NCBI GenBank assembly: GCA_951406725.2
Contig: OX597820.1
Location: forward strand, 124,372,001 to 124,436,000
From: Octopus vulgaris
Lineage: Eukaryota
Reading direction: 5' to 3'
DNA length: 64,000 nucleotides
Shown here: one piece after another, positions 27,454-41,820 of the stretch
Position numbering within the stretch: the first letter of the stretch is position 1
How the letters are laid out: every line of letters begins with the position of its first letter
Translations under genes and position numbers: made by a program
Notes under the pieces: model-generated
The model's input: only the letters and a program-made list of their open reading frames with translations
Databases searched by the model: none
Told to the model about the DNA's origin: nothing

Positions 27454-27665
27454 AAGGCAGCGAGCTGACAGAATCGTTAGCACATCGGACGAAATGCGTA
27501 ACGGCATTTTGTGTCTTTACGCTCTTAGTTCAGTTTGTACATATGTTATCAACTCTTTCATCATTTCAAGGTTGATAACATAGGTGATAGTTGAGCACTG
27601 GGGTCGATGTAAGCGACTTGCTCCCTCATATGAAACTGTTGGTCCTGTGCCAAAATTTGAAATCA
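27454..27665 (+). mobile_element. SINE family B copy
   Basis: aggcagcgagctgacagaatcgttagc...cactggggtcgatgtaa...gtgccaaaatttgaaa. Confidence 0.75.
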
Positions 27666-28249
27666 GTATTCATTCTGTATACGCGCATAGCACTTTCCAT
27701 GTCAATAATACAAGTAACACCGTTTCGTGGTTGCCGGTAAATCCGATCGCTTTTCCTCTTGGCGTTATGCAATATTTAAAACAGCTGACAACGTGAAACC
27801 TAGAAGCCATCTATCACAACTCGTTAAAATGCTTCAAAGGCACTGAAATAATACATGATTTGTAGATGTATATTAAAGAGTTGTCCTCTTAAAGGCGAAT
27901 ATGGATTACCAGTTGTATATGCAAAGGAGAGAACAATGCACAGATTTACGCTTTTTGACTTCTATTACCCTGTTAAGCAGTTTTCCAAACGTATGCATAT
28001 TCACAACAAAACGGTTTGTGATTTAGTAAAGCAAATAGCATTACTCAATAGAAAAGTTGCCAGCATAGAATAAACAAAAAAATAACACGAGTTAAAATAT
28101 AGGATAGATAAATTAAGAATCGAACCCGTCATGTATATTAGATTATAAAATCTACTTCTTCCAGGAAACAATAATATATGATCTGAATTATTTTCAAATA
28201 CGCCCGCAGTGATAAATCTGATCGTTCGTGAGCTTGGGAAATATATGTT

Positions 28250-29900
28250 TGCTTAGATTAATGGATGAAGAAGCTATGGGGTTTTGAGGATTTATGATTG
28301 TAAAAATCACAAATGGCAACGTAATGGCTCTGATAATCCTAAATTCTTAAAAGCAAAACACAGTAGAGTATCCATATTACAAGTCTATAGAATTGTTCCC
28401 CAAAATCTACAAATCCCTTACGTCGATATTCTCCAATACTCTTTCAGCTCACTTGGAACCACAATAACTGTTTAACAGAGGAGCCGAAAGTGTACTAAAA
28501 ATGGTTTCATGACAGTGAAGAATATCTGCTAGCTAACACAATTAGAATAAACAAGGGTAAATGAAAGCTAGTTTAGGTGTTAATGAACGAAAAACAAAAT
28601 AATATGACCCGATGCTCTTAGAAATTTTAAACATTCGATAAAAATAATTAGCACATTGCTAACACTAGACACCAAGCATATATTTCTAATATGGAAAATG
28701 CCCACAAAAAGAAAGCAAAAGGAAATTATTTAAACTAATATCAGTAATCGCTCCGAGCGAAAACGTATCCTTTCTACTATTTTTCTCACTTATCCGTCAC
28801 TAACACACCTCTTGAACGGATGCAGCCACATGTTAAAAATAGATGGTAATATATCTCTTTAATAAGGTTGAATTAAAACTATTTATCACATTTCATAATC
28901 AGCATGGAAAAGTTTTCATAAACTCACCTGGGAAATAAAATGTGTATAGGAGTAAACAATTTCTTAAAATTAGTATGAAAAGGAAATTGATTAAGCCTGA
29001 TAATGGAAAATAGAGTCACACGTTAAAAGCAGAGAATAATAAAGTAGAATCATCCACTGCAACGTAGTGAAAGGAAAGAGAAGAATCAGAAAGGAAGTCA
29101 AGCTGACATTAAGCATTGAACATTATATTTTATAATGTAAGAACTCTTGCATGACCACAAAACCAAATACTGAAACCGTAAAAGAATAACAGATTACATG
29201 AGGAACAAGTAATTTTAATGCTAGTTTATAAGATGTGAGTAAACCAGTGGAATTTCTTTTTCAAATTACGTAATCAATTGTAAAATATTTGGATATTTTC
29301 TGTTAAGATTCATTAAAAAAAACAAAAAAAATATAAACCATCATGAAATGCAGGAATGAAACTCATGTGAGGAATTATGGAGCTTAACATTCCATATAGT
29401 TCACAACTCTGAGGTGATTATTTCAATTTTTCAAAGAAACAAATACTTTGATCTTCTGTGTTGGAAATAAAAAAATTAATATTTCTATATTTTGAATAAC
29501 GCATTTAAGCATATGTAATAAAACATATGAGTATAAAATCACTAGCTACCATAGTTGTAAACTACAGTTTCAGTCTAAGAAATTGGAAGGTAGTGAATGA
29601 GAGTTCTTCTACAAACTTACTTGGAACCAACCTAAAGCTGATAAAGATAGCATATATCAACTCTAATCAGAGTGAGTGCAGGGCTTCGTTTAAAAGGCGA
29701 AAAGTACAGACAAATAATGGTAAAATAGAAAATACCCAAATGCAATCAAAGGGAAAGATTAGCGTCGTCTCATACAGGAATATGAAAAGCACTAAAGGAC
29801 TGCCTTAATATAATACAATGATTAAAAAATAGGAATTAAATGCATTAGAGAAACTAACTTATACAAGAGGTGGGGAAACAACAGAATGGTTTCCGAATAT
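28250..29900 (+). mobile_element. Very decayed R4-like RT remnant
   Basis: YYKSIELFPKIYKSLTSIF...AHLE resembles NYRPITCLPTIYKILTSI; the rest is fragmented. Confidence 0.4.
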
Positions 29901-30148
29901 CAAAGACAAGACAAAAACGCCATTTGTATTAAACGAAAACTGCAGAAAAAATATAGTAATAAATAAAGCTGTTAAATCATGTTTCGTGTTTTGTATAATG
30001 AAAGAAAATGAAAAGTAGAGCATACAGTGAGAAAATAAACGAATTTGACATTAGGAGCTTGAGAAAACGAATGATTTGTGAGAGAAATGCAAAAGAAAAA
30101 ATAAATAAATAAGATGCAGATAGTAAATGGATGCATGTTCATACGTAG

Positions 30149-30472
30149 TCACCTTGCTAAAATAAAATGTTTCCCTTAATTATGCAAATTACATCATCTA
30201 AAAAATGTTCGATGTAGCAGAATGTTCCAATTTATTAACACGAACTTATATATTTTACAAATTATTTAGTGCAATTTTAAAAAAATGTCTTTCACTTATT
30301 TTTGACTAAATAAAAGTTATTTCAAAATTGCACCTAAATTTGGTGATAAACAATTTAAAAGAAAGTAACAATTGCTTTATTATGTTATTTAAAATTCAGA
30401 ATTATAATTTTTTTGTTGGAGAAAAATGTATTAGATTCTTTGAAAATTTGAAGAAGTAATTAGCGCAAAGTT
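30149..30472 (+). repeat. ~325-bp direct repeat, copy 1
   Basis: Highly similar to 33026-33352 (tcaccttg...tagcgcaaagtt). Confidence 0.9.
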
Positions 30473-30749
30473 GTGAACTGCATCAGAGGTTGAGATTCAC
30501 ACTTTCTCTCGGGAGTTTCATTCAGATATCCAATAACAGTTTACGCATTTTACTTGTTAACAAATCTCAAAGGAGATGTGCTGAACATTTCTCAATATTG
30601 ATTTCGTAATTTTAAAAAGAGAGTACCGCTGCTTTAGTGACAGCATATAAACAGACATTGCTGATGTAAATATTAGTTGTAGCATTCGTTTTCCAGCAAA
30701 GCTGGAGTTCAAAGTTATAGAGCATATTCGACGACTTCGGTTCAAATAC

Positions 30750-31915
30750 CTATTTTATCACTTTGTTAACGTCATCTAGCTGGCGTTTGAAACCAGAACG
30801 CATAAGGGACATATTGAATGCCTCAAGATATTTGGTTATACGTTGAAATGATATATTCGTTCCGAGTATATGCTTCTTGAAAATGAGCAAATCAAGGAGA
30901 GTTAGGGATTTTTGTAAATTCTTGTTCAATGTTTTTTCCTCAATTGCTACCGGTTCTGCACTTTGAATCTTATTTTCTAAGTATTGCAATGGAAAATATA
31001 GTGGTGCGATGTTTGGTGAACGCGATGTACATTCTGTTGAACCTCTTCGTCCTGTCTACCTGCATAGAAAACTCTCAGCGTAGATGGTCCTTGCATTACT
31101 ATAGTAGTACAGGATTACCCCATATCGCTGGAAATAAAACTCAACACACGTCAGAAATCCCCTTCATTGTATGACAGGAAAGATAGTCGCAGTAATTTGA
31201 AGTAGATGCAGCCTGCCACAGAACCGTCGTCTAAATTAATCATTTTGAAAAGTCACATCACACGGTAATTCCCGGTGAATTAAAATGATGTTCCTCCGAA
31301 ATATTCGGGTTCCCATGTCCTAAGTAAGTGCAATAGTGGCGATTAATTAAACCTTGACTTTTATGGTGCCTCATTACTCTAAACAGCTAATTTTGGTCAG
31401 TGTGTCTCTTCTACACACGTTATCAAGTACCGTTCGTAAAACTCCGCTGCTCGGACTGCATCATATTCATTTTAAGTATTAATTATTCTTGGTATGTAAT
31501 TCTTTCAGTTAGAGTGAATCAAGGTAGGATGCACGCTTGATTTGGAAATTCCTATCTCATAATTTGCTTGCACAGATTTTTTGAATTCTGGGTTTAAATT
31601 TCTAGTGCCCTTTTTGCTTTGTGCGACTCGTCTAGAAGGTTCCATGTCAGCAGTTTGGACATTTCCATCTGCTTATAACTTAGCTTTAATTCTATTTATA
31701 GTGGATTTGCTTCAGACTCTTAACTAAACATTATTTGCACGTTGACTGCATTTTCGAACTTCCTGTAGCATTTTGAAGATAAATTACCTTTGTCCAAATC
31801 TTAATCTGACTCCATCCACTATTTCTAATTGATTTAATTTTTTTAAAAACTAATTGAAAATTAAACAAATTATTTGGTGATAAAGTGTGTATACCTCTTT
31901 TTTGACACCCCGTAT
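30750..31915 (-). mobile_element. Tc1/mariner-superfamily transposon relic
   Basis: Start tacggggtgtcaaaaaag; NRHYCTY..NP, FYFQ..G, TGRRG...SRSPNIAPL (WIGRRG..WPPRSPDL-type motif), decayed. Confidence 0.65.
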
Positions 31916-32334
31916 GTACACATTTATACATCCATGAATACAAACATAAACTCGAATATTTACATTCATCCTATTTTTATAGATTTATTATTGATGACTT
32001 CTATGTTTCTTTCTACATTTACCCCATTACTACCACGACCATCACCAACAAGAACAACCAATACAACACCACCGCCACCAACACCATCGCATCCACCACC
32101 GCCAATGCCTTTTCTATCGTATTTCTCCCCGCCCACATAAATTCATCTATTAAACATTCATTTCTAAAGTTGCTTGTTTATCTGTTCTTTTTATTTTTAC
32201 TTGTAAATGCATTCTTATATTAAATTCCCTTTCATCGTTTTCTTCATTTTTATCATCACTGATATGACGCCAGTATTACCCTTGTAACCAATGAAACAAA
32301 CTTTTTCGTTTTATTTTATTACTTCTGTTATTTA

Positions 32335-32545
32335 TAAGTGAGAGGTGGCAGAATTGTTACCATGACGGTAACGCTTAGCGGCATTTCGTACGTTTTGACG
32401 TTCTGAGTTCAAATTCCGCTGAACTCGACTTCCCTTTCCAACATTTCAGGGTCGTTAAAAAACCTAAGTGTTGAGTACTATGGTCGATGTAATTGACTTA
32501 TCTCCTCATCTGAAATTGCTGGCCGTGTGCCAAAATTTGAAATAA
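32335..32545 (+). mobile_element. SINE family B copy
   Basis: gttctgagttcaaattccgctgaactcgact...ggtcgatgtaattgactt. Confidence 0.75.
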
Positions 32546-33025
32546 ATATTATTTATAATCGGTATCAATACTAGCATATTTTTCATTCCAGCATCAATAC
32601 CGTATATAATTGCCAATAACGCCTTTGTTCACTCATTAACATGTACTTTGAATGAATCAAAAATCAGATATGGCCCTCTATCTCACAAATACATGTTTAC
32701 ACATAATATCAATATTCGGAGTATTTTTGTTCTAAGGGGCATCACCATATTTTCTGGAATTGATAACCCTCAGGATTTACATCTATATGCATACAAAATT
32801 TCATAAAACAACAGATATACATATTGTACATATGCTTCTTGAACGCATGTTCACATGGGCACTGTGAAATACAAATCGATGTGATTGAAGAGCAACCAGG
32901 AATCAAAGAAAAGAGTATTGAGTTGTGCCCACGAGCTTCACCTCAACAACACTCTCCTTAAAGAAACGAAGCATCACTTCTGAACTGTGGCAATTATTTG
33001 GCTACACTGTAAGATGTCGTTGATT

Positions 33026-33352
33026 TCACCTTGATAAAATAAAAGGTTTCCCTTAATTATGCAAATTACATCATCTAAAAAATTTTCGACTTAGCAGAAT
33101 GTTCCAATTTATTAACACGAACTTAGATATTTTACAAATTATTTAGTGCAAATTTTAAAATGTTTCTGTCATTTATTTTTGACTAAATAAAAGTTATTTC
33201 AAAATTGCACCTAAATTTGGTGATAAACAATTTAAAAGAAAGTAACTGTTGCTTTATTATGTTATTTAAAATTCAGAATTATAATTTTTTTTTTCTTGGG
33301 GAAAAATGTATTAGATTCTTTGAAAATTTGAACAACTAATTAGCGCAAAGTT
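33026..33352 (+). repeat. ~325-bp direct repeat, copy 2
   Basis: See 30149-30472. Confidence 0.9.
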
Positions 33353-34204
33353 CACTCATCGATACTAGAGTCACTGCACCTCCACAGATCTCCAACTGCG
33401 ATAGTCAAGATCATTTAGAAACGTAAAACAACATAGCCTACACCGCCTTTGACAAGAACAAATGCTACTATTAGTGTTCCTTACAGCAATCATTACTCTA
33501 TCGAAGTGAATATTTCAGGGAGAAATTTTGCCAGTAATTTCCTCGCAGAAAACCCCTGTCATTGCTGTTAAGGAAATGCATATTACTCTATAGGAATTGA
33601 AGAAGAGTGGAAAATTAATATCAATCAAATATAGTTCCTTGTCTCAAGTTATATCCAAGACACAAGAAAACAGATTCCAGACAAAATTTCTTGCACGATA
33701 TAGGAAGAGTGTTTCGTCGGCTTAAGTATTCTTATTTCGTAATGGACTTCGCTAGACTTACACAGAGACAAAGAGCGCACATACCAATGGACTAAATATC
33801 TTACCCATCTCGAAGGACGAATGTTTCTAATACCTCGGTATCATTAACATTATCGCGTATATTGGTACTCCGAATAAGATTAGAATGACAAACGAATATC
33901 TCAGCATACTTCAGAAGAAATAGAAGCTAGAATTGTCACAATACATTAAAGCTCTACGCCTCAATATTTTCTGCAGTCCTAGTTTTACTACCAAAATTTT
34001 AAGTTGATAAATTGGACATTTCAAGAATTCGGTAGTCTGGATATCAGGTTTAGAAAGGTACCAACAACTACATGTGAATTAGTATCAATGACAGGTTCTA
34101 TCTCAAATGGAATGTTGTGCTCACCCGTTGAAGACGATATATGAGCATTCAGCTTTAGCCGAAAGAGCTGCACAAGTGATTTGATTATAATGATCAAATG
34201 TTCG

Positions 34205-34402
34205 TGCCGCACATTACCTCACTCACTTCATCAAATCGACGTTGTCTGAATAGGTGCCTATCACCCATCAGGTGTCTAAGTGATGGCAGAACAACGTGAG
34301 ATGAACTCTTTTGCTCAAGAACACAACGCACTTCCCTGTTGAGGAGTGAAAATCACGATCTAGCGATCGCCAGTGCCTCGTCCTAACTACTAGGCCGGAG
34401 GT
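34205..34402 (-). mobile_element. Old tRNA-derived SINE (family C-related)
   Basis: Minus strand ggcctagtagttaggac...ttgtgttcttgagcaa. Confidence 0.55.
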
Positions 34403-35237
34403 ATTTCGCCCTTACTCTCTGAGAGCGGGAAATATTTACTTAATAAATGATATAAAGATTGTAATGTACAATATTAATTAGTGTGCTGATCATCAGTGTG
34501 AGTATCACATTTATCATCAGTGTGGATGTCAAACTCCTCATCAGCAATTGTTGAAATAAGTCCTCTTGCCTCTACAAGATCACTATAAATTTAGAATATA
34601 TCCGCACGTTAAAGAGTAAATAGCACCTGTGGAAAATTTCATTAAAAAATGTTATACCGTATTTGTAGATTTGCATGTTTACCTATTATAAAGGTGACAT
34701 CAAATTTGACTAAAGGTCTGGAAATGCTAGCTGACTCTGAGCAAAATATATCCCCTTTGAACCCTATTCCAAAAATAAAATTGATTAGTAGTCCAATTAA
34801 AATATGCCAAACATTAGAGGTTTTCGTCTTTTGGGGTCCCTGAACTGAAGACTTACACACAATCTGTGAATGTACGGAATAGATGCACAGAAACGAATAC
34901 ATACATAATCTTCACACACAGATGCGTAATAAGGTGTTAGGTACGCATTGCATAATTGCAAATACATCTGCATATACTGATACAACAGTTACCGCCACCG
35001 CTTACTCGAAGAAATCTCTTGACTTCGACAGAGGAGCTTTTGTTCTCTCATATTTAGTATTGGCTTCCATCGTGTGGTGCGAAATAGATTAAGATGACGT
35101 GCGTTGTGTTTGCATTTTTATTATGTATGTGTGTGTGTTTGTGATTGCGTATCTGGGCAATTAGCTTTTCCAGTATCATAATCCCCACCTTTCTCTGTGT
35201 GTCTCCTTACCCTCTCCTTCTCCTTTCTCATTTTCTC

Positions 35238-35294
<57 letters not shown>

Positions 35295-35444
35295 TACTGA
35301 CTCACTCACTGCGCCTTTCTCAATTTAGCAAAATAATTTAATCAGGAGGCAGATTATTAGTGAATAGGAAGAAAAGGGGAAATGAAAAGGGGAGATAAAA
35401 GGGTATAAAAGAGGTGGGAAATTCACAGTGTATATGAATGGACG

Positions 35445-35489
35445 AAGAAGAAGAAGAAAAAGAAGAAGAAGAAGAAGAAGAAGAAGAAG

Positions 35490-35521
<32 letters not shown>

Positions 35522-35572
35522 TAATAATAATAATAATAATGATGATGATGATGATGATGATGATAATGATGG

Positions 35573-35609
<37 letters not shown>

Positions 35610-35630
35610 AAGAAGAAGAAGGAGAATAAT
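35445..35630. repeat. Compound microsatellite (GAA)n(ATA)n(GAT)n
   Basis: Direct inspection. Confidence 0.95.
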
Positions 35631-36178
35631 ATAAAACAAAAGAGAATAGAGGAAACTGGCACAAATATTAACTAAAATTGATAGAGATTTTTACTGGTGG
35701 CATGATTTAATTAACAATTTTGCCTGGAAAATAGGTTAAAAAATCTCTCGCTGTCATGCAGCAGAGGACACAGACATTAATTAGGAACAAAGTTTTGATA
35801 AATTAGAATCCACAAGATAAAGAAAGGAGCATGTCAATGAAAATAATGAAGTATATTGTTTTATGGTACAAAGTAGCACGATAGAATTATTTTGGACAAT
35901 ACTAATAAAATATTGATATAATGACACTCCTTTCAAATTTAGGGAACATTTGAGTGGAGGGAAACTTTATATGATCATCCGCAACAGGCTGAGGGAAGTT
36001 AAGTTAAACTGAGAACGAAAAGTGCTTTTGAAAATATATGTAAGCATTTGTAGGGAGGCTAAAATCTTTTAGATTTATCTTAATGAGATTATCCGATAAC
36101 GCAGATTCTAGCAGTAGTTTAATGTTTGTGCATTACTTTAGAGCACTATGAATTTACTACAAAATCAAAATATAAATA

Positions 36179-36582
36179 GGCGCCGGAGTGGCTGTGTGGT
36201 AAGTAGCTTGCTAACCAACCACATGGTTTCGGGTTCTTTCCCACTGCGTGGAACCTTGTGCAAGTGTCTTCTGCTATTGCCTCGGGCCGACCAATGCCTT
36301 GTGAGTGGATTTGGTAGACGGAAACTGAAAAAAACCTGTCGTATATATGTATATATATGTATGTGTGTGTGTTTGTGTGTCTGTGTTTGTACCCCTAGCA
36401 TTGCTTGACAACCGATGCTGGTGTGTTTACGTCCCCGTCACTTACCGTTTCGGCAAAAGAGACCGATAGAATAAGTACCGGGCTTACAAAGAATAAGTCC
36501 CGGGGTCGATTTGCTCGACTAAAGTCGGTGCTCCAGCATGGTCGCAGTCAAATGACTGAGACAAGTAGAAAAAAATAGTAAA
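36179..36582 (+). mobile_element. SINE family A, full-length
   Basis: Colinear with the 13624 copy but without the insert. Confidence 0.9.
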
Positions 36583-36997
36583 AAAGATATATATATATAT
36601 ATATATAAAACACACGCTATGCACACCGTCTCTTCGGCTGGTCTCAAAGTTCCAACTTCAGTCTGACGAGACGCACCATATTGAAACGTTGGTGTTCCAG
36701 AATATTGTGAGCCAATGAGACGAGTGTGTTGAACACTGTTGTCATAAAAGGGAAATGTTATTCTCCTCAGACGCACACTACATCGCCCAGGATATTTTGC
36801 ATCTGAACTTCCTTAGACGCGGCTAAGAAAATAGCTGAAAATAAAAATATTCGTTTCAAAACCGTTACACACACATACACATTTACATGCATACATATAT
36901 TTAAATAAGCACTACTGCGTTTATCAAAATATTAATGAATCTTTAATTAACACGTGTACACAACACACATGTTCACGCGTACAACACACGGACATAT

Positions 36998-37190
36998 ACT
37001 CTTTTACTCTTTTACTTGTTTCAGTCATTTCACTGTGGCCATGCAGGAGCACCACCTTATTCTTTTGTAAGCCCAGTACTTATTCTATCGGTCTCTTTTG
37101 CCGAACCGCTAAGTAACAGGGACATAAACACACTAGCATCGGCTGTCAAGCAATACTAGGGGGGCATACACAGACACACAAACATAGACA

Positions 37191-37238
<48 letters not shown>

Positions 37239-37403
37239 TACGACGGGCTTCTTTCAGTTTCCGTCTAACAAATCCACTCACAAGACATTGGTCGGCCCGA
37301 GGATATAGTAGAAGACACTTGCCCAAGGTGCCACGCAGTGGGACTGAACCCGGAACCATGTGGTTGGTAAACAAGCTACTTACCACACAGCCACACCCAC
37401 GCC
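36998..37403 (-). mobile_element. SINE family A, full-length, inverted relative to 36179 copy
   Basis: Reverse-complement match including the (AAAAGAGT)n tail. Confidence 0.9.
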
Positions 37404-38209
37404 TATACATGTATACATTCTCTGTAAAAGAAAACTTATAGGTTATATTAGAATCTGTTTCGCCGGCACGATCACGCAATAATGTAAAAGGAATCCCTGC
37501 ATGAACATAGCTAAGAAAGATCAGATTCATTCGCTCTCTTCGACTGTTTTCCCGGTTGCCCCATTAAACAGGAATTTTCATTAATCCTAATTACTTTCCG
37601 TGTCATTACTCGTATAATTTCAATTGATTGGGCTTATTTTAGGTTCATTACATTATGTATGGTTGCCTGCATATACCTGTATGTTCTTTGCGTAGCAGAC
37701 TCACTTGGATCATTCTCAAATGTATTTATTTCTACTTAAACTAATCAGTGGGATAGTTTCACACCGACATTTACACTCATTATCATTGGAAGGAAGTTAT
37801 CACTGCTGTGAATGGAGTACACTTCACTTGAAAAATGTCCGGCGTTTCAACATTGTTGCCAAAGTCTAAAATATCACCATTAAACTTCGTATAAAACGAA
37901 ATTCTCTCATTCAATCTCAAGATGGCTATAATCTCAGCTGATTTCACTTTATTTTCAGTTCAACAGCTTACTAGTGGCAACCAGAACTTAGCTCGTCACA
38001 CATGAAGATATAGGACATATATGTATGTGCATGTCTATGTAAGTGTATTTTTCAAACGCGTTTATATTATTACGGTTAAATGGAAATCAAATCAAATACG
38101 TGAAATGAACTGATAATGATTTGAAGAAAATGTATGCTCATACGATTCATTAGTATTCAAGCCTGCCTCATTAAATATATCGAAGAATAAAAGAATATAT
38201 ATATATATT

Positions 38210-38241
<32 letters not shown>

Positions 38242-38287
38242 TGTATGTATGTATGTATGTATGTATGTATGTATGTATGTATATATG

Positions 38288-38346
<59 letters not shown>

Positions 38347-38719
38347 CTAAACCCTATAATTCAACAAACAGAGGTCAGTGATAGAATAAGTTAAGGGGGC
38401 CGTAAAACTGTATATAAATTATTGAAGCAGATGCTCCATTGTAACGAAAGTAAGTATAATTAATGAAAAAAAAACATAAAAAAGAATAAATGAATACCAA
38501 ATATCACAGTATCACCATCGATCTATGTATGTGTTTATGCACGTGTAATTATGCAATCACACACGCGCACACGGTTCATAAAATTCCGCTTGAATATTTT
38601 ATCATAATGGAAAGGGAAGGCTGGTGTGTTGTTTCGTTTTTTTTTTCATGCGTTTTGTTTTGGTGTTCAAAATGTTTTGGCTACGTTATTATAGAAGAAA
38701 GGAATATATATTGATTTTT

Positions 38720-39980
38720 ATAAAACATAACTTAAAAATTATAAATGAATTAAAAATGTGTAGACACAAGCAGTAAGACATTGCTGCTTCAGAGCTATAC
38801 TAAAGAAGAAGAAATGAAGAATTTGGATAAATACGATAGTTTGGGGCAACCCAATGTTTTTGTATCTCAATGCTAGACTATAAATTCGGTATGAGTCCTC
38901 TATCTTTGTTGAAACATTTTTTTTTTCATTTTTTAGAGCTTTGATAATGAGTGGTGAACAAACTGCAATGAGAACCATTTTACACTACCTGTGGAAAAAA
39001 TATTGGGTGAAAGGGCAGCGATGAAAGAAATTATTGATGTAGAATGCACAAAGCATGCAAACGGATGTGTGACACAAATCTGGTTCAGATGACTCAATGA
39101 AAGTGACACTAGACCAAGGTCAGGCAGATCTTCATTGCTGGAAGATGAAGTATTGCTTAAAATGGCTGAACTCCTAGCAAACACCACGCTCTGTCAACAA
39201 TATACGAGTACGTGTACTTGGCCAAGTACACGTACTCGTATATTGTTGACAGAGCGTGGTGTTTGCTAGGAGTTCCTCCATAAGCTCAGTCCCGTGAAGA
39301 AACGCTCTCGAGTCGTTCCTCATGCACTGACCAATGACCACACGTGTGAACATTAACAAACAAGCGCTGGCGATTCTTCGACATGTTTTTCGGCGTCGAA
39401 TTGTAACTGATACTGAAACATCGATCTCTTTTCGTAATCATAATTAAAAATTAAAACCTAGGTCGCTTCTTTCTGGTCAGACTTAAGAATTTGCTATCAA
39501 TTAGGGTTGTTTGAACAGAAGGACATGTTGGGTGTTTCATGGAATTTTGTTTGGGTGTTACACTTACACCTTGTCCCAGATCATCACCCTGTGAACGTTA
39601 ATCTATATTAACAAATATATGGTGCGCTGAAAGTCCACTACCCGACATTGAAGACGCGCACTCTTACAGCATGATGAAAACCCCAGCACAGGCTTCCAAT
39701 GCAAACTTGAGGAACTTTAGTGGTTTGAAGAGCTGCCTCATCCTACCTACGGTCCCTATATTGTACCATAAGATTAACACGCTTTCCAAGCGACGGATCA
39801 TGAATATGTCGGACGGAGGTTCAACAATGTGGATTTGTTTGGAAACGGGTGCATGGGTATTTGCTAATAAAGCAGCCAGATGATATCAGCGTGCAATCGA
39901 TTTTCTGGCACAAAGATAGCAACAGGCAATAGAACAGATTGGGATATATTTTCATAAATAGATCCTTGTCATACATAACT
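38720..39980 (+). mobile_element. Decayed mariner element
   Basis: MRTILHYLWKK...IWFR...RPRSGR HTH region, RIVT-D-like motif and HPPYSP-like region; frameshifted. Confidence 0.75.
39168..39275. repeat. Perfect 108-bp palindrome (54-bp arms, no spacer)
   Basis: gaactcctagc...gtacttgg|ccaagtac...gctaggagttc; arms are exact reverse complements. Confidence 0.95.
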
Positions 39981-40199
39981 TAATAATTAATTAAATCTTG
40001 AAATATGAGAAGAAACGCTTGCGTCAACCTGGAATAATGGAAATATTAACATTAATATTTGAATTCATCACTGTTTTAAGATACCTATTAGAATAATATA
40101 TCCCGATGCATCTCTCCCTGCCTCATTTACTTATTGTTTTCATTTTAATCTTATTGTTCTTCTTGGCTTTTTATCGTTATATGTTCATATTGTTTGGCT

Positions 40200-40470
40200 A
40201 CGACGTATGGAGCCATGGAAAGTTCCCCACTAGGGAAAGATTGCAAGAGATATCCGAAATGATATAACTCAAGAACGGATCTGTGTAGACGATGTGATTG
40301 CAGAATACCGAACACACAATTTCCGCTGAGCCAAATATGTTGCCAGGTTCATGCACAACATTTGGGAACGCGTGGTTTCCGAGTGCTATCTCAGAGATCG
40401 GGAAAAGGCGACTCAAGAAAGTATTAAATGGACAATGCAACCAGCAGTGTATTTACAACACCGGATAAGG
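40200..40470 (+). mobile_element. RTE-like LINE 3' ORF fragment
   Basis: IRNDITQERICVDDVI...R*AKYVARF...W..V.E.Y.RD resembles the RTE C-terminal RWAGHVAR motif. Confidence 0.65.
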
Positions 40471-40821
40471 TTCACGATTCTGCGATACACTGATGTGTCC
40501 ATATAAAGTTAAAAAGTACACACACAATCGATTATAGAATGAAGCGCTAGAATGCAATGAGCCTCACTAGAGTAGCCACGAGACTGTCGCCCGGACGACG
40601 TATATGTGAAAAGCATAGCAGTTTGTATAAAGGTACTCAGATTACAATATTTCCATGCCAATATGTTCGTGCAATTCGCTGTGATAAACAGGCATGCGAA
40701 GAAACACACCCATATATAAGCGGAAACGTTGTGTTAACAACAAACAAAAATTACGACAAACATCCGTCAAATGTAATTTATGCAAATAATCCCTCATCTC
40801 TTAAATATAGGACTGTAATAT

Positions 40822-40872
<51 letters not shown>

Positions 40873-41686
40873 TATATATTCATATATATATATGTATAAT
40901 CACGTATTTCTATTTATGGACCGTCATATGATTCTGCTTCAATTTCTTGTACACTGCAAGTTTTTGCGCCTTGCTGTGCATTTTCGAGTTAATTCGAGTT
41001 AATTGCTGCTTCGTAACAGTGTTTATGATCCCATCTGCACCAAATAAGAAGTCTAACCAAAAATTTAATACACGTTGTGTTAGTATTCTGAAAACAATTA
41101 AGTTTTCACATTTTCAACTCTACTGGTTTGTAAAACTAGTGACTATCTGCCAAGAATGAGGTATTACATTTAAAAATCTAAAATTTTAATTGGCATCTTC
41201 CAATTATAAAAGTAAATATATAAAAGAAATATTTTGACCAGGAAACGAAAAATAAAAACCTCTTACCTTGTTACTTTCTGCGGTTATACCAAAGCTTCAA
41301 ATTTCTTTAGCAAATAAGAATATCTGCTAGGCGAATTCTCATCAGTAACCGGCCTCAAAAACTAACTTATAAATCAGAGACAAATAACACGTGTCCCATA
41401 ATGATGTTATAATGTTTCAAAATTCGCCTAGCAGATATTCTTATTTGCTAACAAATTTGAAACCTAGGTATAACCGCCAAACATAACAAGGTAAAAGTTT
41501 TTTTATTTTTCATTTCCTTCGAAAATTGCTATTAAATTGTGCTTTTGGCCGTTTTGGCTGCTTTTTCTAGGAAAGTGTAACTTTCTCTTGTGTTTAAATG
41601 TACACTATTTTATACTAAAAATATGTTGTCTATTGACTATTTATACATGCTAGGCCACTGTTGGTGATATTTCTAACGAATATTCG

Positions 41687-41735
<49 letters not shown>

Positions 41736-41820
41736 CATTAATTCGAGACAAAACCACTATTTTGCAAAACAAACAAGGAAAGACTTAATCAATACATAAA
41801 CATTTTTAATATAAAGAAAT

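Noticed and set aside
30149-33352. LTR retrotransposon
   Set aside because: No TG...CA termini, PBS/PPT or gag-pol remnants.
37700-37960. Minus-strand exon candidate ending at a gtgagt donor
   Set aside because: Open stretch ends in stops before the donor and shows no recognisable protein motif.
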